64,000 nucleotides of DNA. Origin: Camelus dromedarius. Taxonomy: Eukaryota. The notes under the pieces are model-generated. The model was not told the origin of the DNA. It did no database searches and saw only the letters and a program-made list of their open reading frames with translations. A program made the position numbers and the translations under genes. The DNA is taken from positions 26,970,001 through 27,034,000 of the forward strand of contig NC_087459.1 in assembly GCF_036321535.1 (NCBI RefSeq). The letters run 5' to 3'. Below, piece after piece: positions 10,621-19,339 of the stretch (positions are counted from its first letter, which is position 1; the number at the start of each line of letters is the position of its first letter).

Positions 10621-12399
10621 GGCCAGGGCGGGGCCAGCTTCTCTGTCCTCTGGGAGCGGCAGGTCTCGCTGAGCAGAAATTAAAGAAGAGGTTGACCTTC
10701 TGAGGATGCAGGCCACAGGGCAGACCCGGGCCCTAGATTGACCCCATTCATTCCCTCGTGCTTTCACCATTCCAGCCCTTCATTCGTGTTACAGATCTTT
10801 GTCTGCCTGCTCCATCCTGAGCTAGGCTTTGCTGTCCAATGCCTAAGTGTCAACACCCTCCACTCTAAGGGAGCCACACCCTGCTTGTTCACCAGGGGTG
10901 ATGGAAGCTTACCACCTCTTACAGCAGCCCATCCTTCTATGCTCCAGCTGTTGGAAGTTCTTGGCATCTACCTTCTCTCTGGTTGCCATCCAGCTAGGCC
11001 AGACCTTCAGAGATGTGGTCACACTCCTTGGGCCTTCTGGCAGAATTGGCTCCAGGTTCTTCATAGGGGCCTCCGAGGTCTGAGAACTAGGCCCTCTCAC
11101 CACCTGGGCCCTTTTTCCCCTTTTGGATCTCCCCACAGGCTTTCCACCTCCCTCAGCCTGCAGGTCTGCTAGACTTTTGGCTATGCCCAGAATGTGAATG
11201 CCAGCACTGATCCCCTCTCACCCACTCCCCAGGTGCTGATAGTGGATGCTCGGAACCATGGTGACAGCCCCCACAGCCCAGACATGAGCTACGAGGCCAT
11301 GAGCCAGGATATGCAGGACCTCCTGCCCCAGCTCGGCCTAGGGCCCTGTGTCCTCGTTGGCCATAGCATGGGAGGCAGGACAGCCATGCTGCTGGCACTA
11401 CAGAGGGTGAGCCATCCCTATCCAGGGCTTCCTCCCATCCCTTGTAGACCCTGAGTGCCCAGTAGGCAACCTGGGACTCCCAACGAGCCTTGGATGGCCA
11501 AGTTCAGGGTCCTATGCCCAAGACCCACTGTGCCTATCCTAAGGTCCCCAGTCTGATTCTCTCCCACAGCCGGAGTTGGTGGATCGCCTGATTGTTGTAG
11601 ACATCAGCCCATTGGAGAGCACATCTAGCTCGAACTTTCCAAACTACATAGCAGCCTTGAGAGCCATGGACATCCCAGATGAGGCATCCCTCTCCAGGGC
11701 CCGAAAACTGGCCAATGAGAAGCTCAGCTCTGTTATCCAGGTAACGCACCTAAGTGCAATCCCCTGTATGGTGTTATGGGCTGGGACCTGTCAAAGGAAG
11801 AGTGGCAGCCCAAGGCCTCACAGGGAACCCCCACCTGCTGGACCCCCACAGAGCGTAAGCATACGGCAGTTACTGCTCACTAACCTGGTGGAGGTGGACA
11901 GGCGCTTCGTGTGGAGGGTGAACCTGGATGCCTTGGCCCAGCACATAGACAAGATCATGGACTTCCCAGCACGACAAGAATCTTACTCGGGACCAGCCCT
12001 CTTCCTCCTTGGTGGAAACTCTAAATTCGTGCTGTAAGCCAGGTTGGGTGGTGGGAGGGGCATGCCTGACTTACCCAGCCCCCAGCCTGGGAAGTCTGCC
12101 TCAGGGAGGGCTTGGGTGTGGGCAGGGGGTGCCTGGGAACCCAGAAGCATCGCTGGGCATGTGGATTCACGTGGCTCTCCATCTCTCCCTGCTCTGCCTC
12201 TATTTCTCTCCTCCTCTCCCCATCTTCCTACTTTCACCCCTTCTCTGGGGCCTCTTCGGTGGACAGTCCCAGCCACCACCCTGAGATTAGGCGGCTCTTC
12301 CCTCGGGCCCAGATGCAGACTGTGCCTAACGCCAGCCACTGGGTGCACAGTGACCGCCCACAGGACTTCGTCGCTGCAGTCCGAGGCTTCCTGGCCTAA
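10138..12399 (+). CDS. ABHD11: Alpha/beta hydrolase domain-containing protein 11 (mitochondrial), 303 aa
   Basis: Exons 10138-10253, 10420-10555, 11233-11406, 11570-11740, 11852-12033, 12267-12399; all GT-AG, 912 nt in frame. MLCWARAWRLL... presequence-like N-terminus, LHGLFGS, DARNHGDSPH, GHSMGG nucleophile elbow, HWVHSDRPQDF. Confidence 0.96.
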
Positions 12400-12529
12400 G
12401 GGTTGCTGACCAGAAGGGACACTAAACTCCAGGCTTCAAGGCCCTGTGGCGCACTCCTTGTTTCTGCACAGAAGGTCTGAAGCCAGCACTGAGAGAGCAC
12501 GAGGATGCAGAGGTGGTGAGACCTCAAGC

Positions 12530-12542
12530 TTTAATGAATAAA
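12530..12542. terminator. Back-to-back poly(A) signals: AATAAA (+, 12537-12542, ABHD11) and ATTAAA (-, 12535-12530, antisense locus)
   Basis: Sequence 'tttaatgaataaa' lies between the ABHD11 stop (12399) and the antisense stop (12575). Confidence 0.7.
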
Positions 12543-12574
12543 ACACTCCTTCCAAGGTCTTGAGTCAAGCTTTC

Positions 12575-13738
12575 TCACCGCCAACGTCCCCACCGACCCA
12601 GGGGGAATTGGACCCAGGGGGTCCTGGCAGTTCTGGGGTCCACAGGGGCTCCCAGAGCACCCCTGGACTCTCTCTGCAGCTGAATCTCAACTCGCTGCCT
12701 CACCAGCTGCTGCATGTCCTCCTGGGGGCAGGAGAGCAGGTTCAGGGGCCAGGCCTGTGCCCGTCTGCCCCTGCCCCCCTGGGCCCGGCTGGCATTCCCA
12801 CCCTACCTCCCAGGCCTCCACTTCCTGCCTCAGTCTCAGTTTCTCCTCCAGGACTTCCAGCAGCTGGGCCTCCACAGCTCGCAGCTTGGCTTTGCATGTA
12901 TCCAGCTCAGCCTCCACGGCCTGTTTCCTGAGGGGGCAGAGAGAGCAGCATGAGGCTCAGGCCCTGCAGATCGGTTCTGGGCGCTGGGGGTGGACAAGTA
13001 TGTCCACAGTCCCCGCCTTGTGACCCGGTGGGTGTTTTGTGGCTTTCCTTCCAGGAATGCCTGGTGTGCCCCCTTCCCCTCCTGGCAGGACAGAGCCTTG
13101 AGAGTGAGTCACCCACTGCCCTCCCAGCCCCCACAAGCAGCTGCCTCTCACTTGGCAATGGCTTCATCCCGCTCTCGGAGGGCTTGGTCCAGGGAGAGTT
13201 CTGTCTGGGTGTCCCCCAGTGCTCCAGCCACTTAGGATTCTGGGCTCTGTTGTAGTGAGACCAAGGAGGGAGTGGTGATTTGGGGTTTGCCTGGATGAAG
13301 TGCCCCGCTTGGCCCTTTTACCCTGGCTGATGTCAGGAGGAGAAGGTTCTGAGATGTTCTTACCTGCCTCCCCAGTGCCCCAGTCTCAGCCTCTTAAGGT
13401 AAAGCAGGGGAGAGTAGGTCTCTTCCCGCCTAGGGATAAGCAGAGGGGCAGGATGTTCGGACCCCAAGGAGGAAAGATGACTCGCCCAATCCCAAGGAAA
13501 GAGATGTGGTCGGTTCAGCAGGATACTTACCTCTCGAGGGCCCCAGACTGAGAGGGTGGCCTGCTGACGGACTCTTGTTAGTGGGTGGGGCAGTCAGAGG
13601 ACATGGCCCTTTGCCCTCCCTTACTGGCAAGTCACTCCCTGTTAGGCCCCACCCTGGGCAGCCTGACCCTGCCTCTGCCTCCCTCCTGCAACCTGGAACC
13701 CAGAGCTTCCTCAGCCCCGTCCTTGCCCAGTCATTCAT
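12575..13738 (-). pseudogene. BICDL3P: BICD-family-like cargo adaptor remnant (position of human ABHD11-AS1/BICDL3P, mouse Abhd11os); coding status unresolved
   Basis: Minus-strand exons 13246-13152, 12927-12807 and 12721-12575 (GT-AG) splice in frame to ...LDQALRERDEAIAK-KQAVEAELDTCKAKLRAVEAQLLEVLEEKLRLRQEVEAWE-EDMQQLVRQRVEIQLQRE...WR*. This matches the BICDL1 C-terminus as I recall it (LQKAIRDRDEAIAKKNAVELELAKC...LLDAIQQKLNLSQQLEAWQDDM). Further candidate exons 13392-13364 and ?-13531 have strong donors. In-frame TAA at 13234-13232. The 5' boundary (ATG 13738) is tentative. Confidence 0.8.
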
Positions 13739-14796
13739 GTCTCTCACCCCAAGGGGGCGCTCTACTCACATCAGGAGATGAGAAAGGAGTGACAGCCAGG
13801 AAGGCTTCAATGCTGACAGAAGTTCCCCATCCTTCATCCTGAAGAGTTGGCACCTTGGAAACTTTAATGTCATCATCCACCATAACTGTGACCTTAGCTC
13901 AGCAGAAATCGGAAGGAAAAAAGTTTAACTGTTCCTGGCAAATTCCTTGTAACCTCTTAAATGTCCATCCTCCCTAGCAGTGTCCTCCAATATTCCACAA
14001 CATTGCTCATTACTCCTCCAAAATTCCCAACATTCTGATCCTTGAGCATGGGTGGGTCAGCTGTGCTCCGAGGGGTTGGGGCAGGGGGGTGTGGTCTCGG
14101 AATCTCATCCCACACCTCCCTCAGTGTGATCAGCACACACCAGTGACGTCAGACGTGGAAAAAGGCCTCCCCGTTGAGGGGCCTTTTCAGCAAGGTTACA
14201 TATTGGGGATTAGGCCCTCAACCCCACTCTAAACAGTACATACTTCCTCCAAGACCCCCCAGGAAGCTCCCTGTAGACATGACTCCTGATTGTCCAAGTG
14301 TCCCACTCAGCCACATGCACCTCCAATAGCCAGATGACACAATTTCTTCAGCTGAACCCCAGGTGAAGAGGTGGGGTTGAGCCGTAACCCAAGTACCAAG
14401 TTGAAGAGATTCATTCAGAGTGTTTTGGGAAGCTGCTCTGTGCAGTGATCCAGACAGGACCCCTGCCCTCAGGGCTCCCGCGGCTAGCATGAAGCAGAGA
14501 GAGAATCAGAAAAGGGTGCCAGGGAGTCCAGGGCAGTGGGAGCGCAAAGGAGGCCCATCACACCTGGTCACGGCGACCCACAGGAGCTTGTCCCGTGGGC
14601 CAGCAGGAGTCAGCCAGAAGGGCTAACACTCCTGCTGGGCATTTCTTTTAACTTTTTACTTTGAAACAATTTCAAACTGCTCTTCAATGTCCAGAAAAAA
14701 TATGCTTTTAGGGTAAAAAAAAAAAAATTTAGTATGGTATCAAACATTGTACCCGGTTGTCACATCTCTCTGGTCTCCCTCAATCTAGAACAATTT

Positions 14797-14933
14797 GGGA
14801 GAGAGTATAGGTCAGTGGTAGAGCCCCTGCTTAGCATGCAAAAAGGTCGTGGGTTCAATCCCCAGTACTGCCATTGAAATAAATAAGTAAACTTAATTAC
14901 CTCCCTCCCAAAATTTTTTTAAAAATTAAAAAA
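14797..14933 (+). mobile_element. Vic-1-type SINE with TSD
   Basis: A/B boxes, tail 'aaataaataagtaaacttaattacctccc'; TSD tagaacaatttg at 14786-14797 and 14934-14945. Confidence 0.88.
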
Positions 14934-15103
14934 TAGAACAATTTGCAGCCTTTCTTTGAATGTTGACCTCGACATTTTTGAAGGTTGTAGGGAAGTTATT
15001 TTGTAGACCATCCTTCAATTTGGCTTTGTCTCTTCCTTCCTCACGATTAGACCCCTGTTACACATTTTGGGCAGAAATATCACAAAAACGATGCTATGTT
15101 CTT

Positions 15104-15512
15104 TTTTCTTTTTTTCAACAAAAGGTCTCATGTATTTATTACTGAGCAAAAGCAACAGAGCACAGACACTGCCATGCAGATAAGCTCCATATTCCCAAAC
15201 GTGTCCAGCTGTTCAGGCAACAGCACTGTCTTCAGAGTAATCTGATAAGATGCAGATGACCTTGACTAAGCGTAAACATGTGCGCCACCTCATGTGNNNN
15301 NNNNNNNNNNNNNNNNNNNNNNNNNNNNNNNNNNNNNNNNNNNNNNNNNNNNNNNNNNNNNNNNNNNNNNNNNNNNNNNNNNNNNNNNNNNNNNNNNNNN
15401 NNNNNNNNNNNNNNNNNNNNNNNNNNNNNNNNNNNNNNNNNNNNNNNNNNNNNNNNNNNNNNNNNNNNNNNNNNNNNNNGCACATAGGATGGCGGAGAAG
15501 AGAAGAGAGAGT
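15104..15512 (-). pseudogene. RPL39: Processed RPL39 retrocopy; CDS falls inside the N-gap
   Basis: Minus strand begins with the 5'TOP-like leader 'ctcttctcttctccgccatc'. After the gap comes a 3' UTR 'cacatgaggtggcgcacatgtttacgc...aaggtca...cagtaataaa', which matches RPL39 mRNA as I recall it. AATAAA at 15140-15135, A-tail (T-run 15102-15115), TSD gatgcta(t/c)gttctt at 15090-15103 and 15513-15526. Confidence 0.8.
15297..15479. other. N-gap (183 N)
   Basis: Run of N. Confidence 0.99.
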
Positions 15513-16215
15513 GATGCTACGTTCTTGTATCCAATATCGTTTGGAACCATGACTGGTGGTTTTAATGTTACCAGTTGATCGTGATTAATAAGTATTGGGG
15601 GAGGGAAGTACTGTAAGACTATGAAACATCTTCATCCCACTCTCACCCATAGTCAGCATCCATTGATGTTTCTTGCCTGAATTAATTATTAATACAATGG
15701 CTTGCAAATGTTGATTTTCTAATTTCATTGTTTCTTCTACACTTATTAACTGGCCTACTGTAAGGAAGAGGTTTTTTTTTCATCCCATTTATTTATTGAT
15801 TTACTTATTTACATCCAGTGGACTTGTGATTTCCTGTTTTGTTTAATAGATTGTAACTCATTCCTGTCATTTATTTTGATGCTCACATTGTCCCAGATTT
15901 GGTCAGTGCATGCCCCTTGCTGATCTCTTGTCATTTTGATGTGTTCTATCATTCTTTGGACACCTCCGTTCTCTCTAGTTCAACCAGATAGTCCAAGTTC
16001 GTCTTGTTATTCCCTGCCCCAGTCCTGGAAGTAGCCATTTCAGCAACAATGCCTGTTTCTTTCTGGTGGAGAGTAGTATTTGGGAACCACGATCTGGGTG
16101 TTAGCTGTGCTCAATGCATTTAGGGTAGCCTCTATGCCCAGGCCCACTCAGTGGACACACATTTATATACACACATAAACTTACACATCTATACCTATGT
16201 TTATTCCTTTATCTG

Positions 16216-16693
16216 TGTGCTGGTTAATTTTATATGTCAACTTGGCTGGGCCAGGGAATGCCCAGATACCTGGTTAAACATGACTTCTGGGTATGTCTGG
16301 GAGGGTGTTTCCAGAAGAGATTAGCACCGGACTCTGTGTACTGAATAAATGGTGGCCCTCCCCGATACGAGTGGAGGCATCAACCAATCCACTGAGGGCC
16401 CGAATTGAACAAAAAGGCAGAGGAAAAATTGAATTTTCTCCTCCTGACTGCTGAGCTGGGATCTTGGTCTTCTTTTGCCCTTGAACTGGTGCCTGCACCA
16501 TCAGCGCTCCCTGGCTCTCAGGCCTTCTGTCTCAGTCTGGGACTCTACCACCCTGCTTTCCAAGCCTCCAGCTTGCAGACAGCAGATTGTGAGACTTCTC
16601 AGCCTCCATAATTACATGAGTCAATTCCTCATAATACGTCTCTTTCTCTATATTTATCCTATTGGTTCTGGTTCTCTGGAAAACCCTAATACA
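16216..16693 (+). mobile_element. MLT2 (ERVL) solo LTR, near full length
   Basis: Starts TGTGCTGGTTAATTTTATATGTCAACTTGGCTGGGCCA; 'gtttccagaagagattagc'; ends 'cctattggttctggttctctggaaaaccctaataca'. Confidence 0.85.
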
Positions 16694-16999
16694 ATTTCCA
16701 TATATTGAACAATAGTTTCCATTCAGACCTTAAGTTCAAGTCCAGTGGCACAGAGTTCATCCTAGTTTCCCCGTTTCCAGATTTTTTACCTTCTTGTCCC
16801 CAATTGTCTTCAATATATTTCATAATTTGTTCAGTCTCCCTGTGTGTGGCCGATCCCCCAAAACAATGGGCTCCCCCTGACTTAGATACCCTCCTTACAT
16901 GGGCTCAGGTCCTGCAGGGCTGCCTTGCCACCTTGACTCCAATGCCATCTGTATGCATGGCCCTGGCTGCCACAGGGCTATCAAATATTTCTAACAGCT

Positions 17000-17260
17000 T
17001 TATATTCATTCATTCATTCACTCATTCATTCCACTGGTACTTACTGAGCACCTACTACGCTCTGGGCATGTTTCCAGGTGATGGACATAAACAGGAAAAC
17101 AGACAAAGTTCCCTGACCTCCGAAGATCACATTCTAGGGAAAGCAGATAGACAATAAACAAATGCGTATACCAGATGGTAGGAAGTGCTGCGGAGAAAAA
17201 GAAAGCAGGGGAAGAGAATAAGAAAAGACTAGGAAATTGCTATTTTATATGATTCTGTGC
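17000..17260 (-). mobile_element. LINE-2 3' end
   Basis: 'attcattcattcactcattcattcc...ttactgagcacctactacgctctggg' is the reverse complement of the L2 terminus. Confidence 0.7.
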
Positions 17261-17269
17261 TACCCTAGG

Positions 17270-17560
17270 GAGATCACAGACATTAATCTTGCATTCTCAT
17301 GACTTGGAATAATATTGCCAGCAACAGCATCATTCATGGATTCAAAAAGCTCTGTATTTCCAAGCACAGGTGAAAATGACATATTCAAGAAAACTGTATT
17401 AGGGAACTCAAAGGAGATGCTAGAGATGACACCTGACATATGACCATGAGAGGCAGAAATGCAAGTGAAGTGTTTGAATAAACCTTCACATACTATGAGA
17501 GTGGAAAAGAATTGTTTTGAAATAAAGTTACTCTTAAAAGTATGCGATTTAAATTTTAAA
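17270..17560 (+). mobile_element. pogo/Tigger (TcMar) DNA transposon remnant
   Basis: 17302-17364 translates to TWNNIASNSIIHGFKKLCISK, resembling the pogo-type transposase C-terminal motif (W..I...I..GFKKC.IS). Confidence 0.55.
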
Positions 17561-18171
17561 TGTTTTAACTAAATATAATAACTAGAGAGTCGCTTATTTC
17601 ATCTGCATCCCTAAGTGTTTGAATTAGAATATTGGGCCAGATTTCTTTTTTTAAATCCTCATTGGGAAAAGGAGGGCAATATATTCAGGCATATAGTCAA
17701 TTGCATCACAAAGTCCTACCTCAGATATCACACAGTGAGCAGTGAGGCTCTTTCCCCAGCTGCCTACTACCTGTATCTCCCTCCTCTCCTGCTGCCTCCA
17801 GGATGGCTGAGCCCATCCTGGAGGATTGAGCTGAAAGATGGTTACAGGTTGATGGTGGGCTGGGAAGGCTGCAAGGGGGAGGGAGAGCTGCTGGAAGGGC
17901 AGGGCTGGGCCCTGTGGTCAAAACAGCTTGGATTTGCAGGGCTGGGTGGCTCACAAATCATGTCAGCCAACCTCAATACCCTGTTTATGTTTCCCTCTCT
18001 GAGCCTCTTAGTCCTCATTTGTGAAATGGAACTACTGGAGAGCCTTCCTAACAGGGTCACGGCCTGTGCTTTATACAATAATGTGCCAGGGCCAGACTTC
18101 CCAGGAAAGGAGAAACCGGGAGTAAGCCTGCCAGAAAGCAGCAGAAAAAACAACAACGAGAGGACATCGAT

Positions 18172-18214
18172 AACACACACACACACAAACACACCCACAC
18201 ACCCACACACACAC
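18172..18214. repeat. Imperfect (CA)n microsatellite
   Basis: Interrupted AC run. Confidence 0.9.
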
Positions 18215-18639
18215 TCCCCAGCTGTGGAGCCTGGGTCAGGTGCCCCCTCCTGCTCTGCACCCCCCTCACCTCTGCCCGAGGGACAATTCTGTCCTTGAAT
18301 CCTACACCAGCTGCTTCCTCTTCCTCCTTCAGACCCCCACAGCCCCTGTACTTCCACATCACTGCCTTCACACTGTCAAGGTGTCTCTCCCACCAGCCCA
18401 AGAGCTTCTGGAGGACAAGTGGTGACTGCCACGGTCCCAACCTGGGCACACACGCGCTCAGCAGAATTGCATGGGTGCAGCAACACCGGCCTTGCCCAGT
18501 AGGTGGCAGCAGTTTCCAATATCAGGGCTCCAAGGGCCCCAGCTCACCCTCCCAGCCTGTGGGATGGAAACTCCAAACCCGGTCTAGGGAGCTCCCAGAC
18601 GTCCAGCCTGACCCTCGGTGCTCCTTTATAGGAACCCAG

Positions 18640-19260
18640 CTCATTCAAGCTGCAAGTTTTTATTGCTCATTCCACAAATACTCTGTGCCAGACTTGGGGA
18701 GTCAACAAGAACATGATCCTTTTCCTTCCCTTTGGGTGTCCCCATCTAATGAGGGAACAGACAACTAACACAGACTGCATCCACTAAGTGCTACAATTGA
18801 GATAAATACAGGTGTTTGCGGGACCACACAGAAGGAGCCCAGAGCTCGTTCTTGGGTGGTCAGGGACAAATTCTTGGAGGATGTGATGTCTAGGAGGGAG
18901 GGACTAGAACTTATTGGTCAGGTGCATGGGGAGGAAGAAGAAAACAGAGAGGAGCGGGCTCGAGACATGTGCACAGGCCTGAGAAGAGGGTATAAGCAGG
19001 CATTATGACTGCTCACAAGGTGGGAAGGAAGGTGGCTTCTAAGAAGCAAGGCAGGGCCAGATCACAAAGGACATGGAAAGCCACTTTTGGTTATCAGGAT
19101 TCCTCCCTCCCAAAGGAAACAGGGAAAACTGACAGCCCTGAATAATTGGTGAGAAGAATGGGAGAATACCACTATTGAGGTACAGAGATGCCCATTTGAT
19201 GACAGTAGGGACAGGGCTTTACAGAGCATAGGTCTGGACTGAATCTCCATCAATTATCCA
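18640..19260 (-). mobile_element. LINE-2 fragment
   Basis: 'tcattccacaaatactctgtgccagac...gggaacagacaact...cagggccagatcacaaagg' reverse L2-like. Boundaries approximate. Confidence 0.55.
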
Positions 19261-19339
19261 CATTAAAGAATGAGGTCTGAGTGATGGGTGTTGTGGGGAC
19301 TGCCTGGTTCCCACAGGGAATACGTCCCTCTCTCTCACT

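Larger units (their letters stand above)
14640..16830 (-). mobile_element. Old L1 (L1MB/MC-type 3' region) hosting nested SINE, RPL39 retrocopy and MLT2 LTR
   Basis: 'ttttgtagaccatccttcaatttggctttgtct...gattag...ttttgggcagaaatatcaca...gatgctatgttct' and 'tcattcctgtcatttattttgatgctcacattgtcccagatttgg' resemble antisense L1M 3' UTR consensus. Boundaries approximate. Confidence 0.6.

Noticed and set aside
14160-14187. Hairpin AAAAGGCC...GGCCTTTT resembling a bacterial intrinsic terminator
   Set aside because: Only an 8-bp stem in mammalian DNA; expected by chance, with no Pol III gene or miRNA-length stem.
15213-15578. Six ORFs in the track made mostly of X
   Set aside because: Artefacts of translating through N; the real feature is the RPL39 retrocopy. 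The same applies to ORFs across 62013-62256.
17615-18298. 227-aa ORF and overlapping ORFs
   Set aside because: Non-ATG start; runs through a MIR and a CA microsatellite; no homology recognised.
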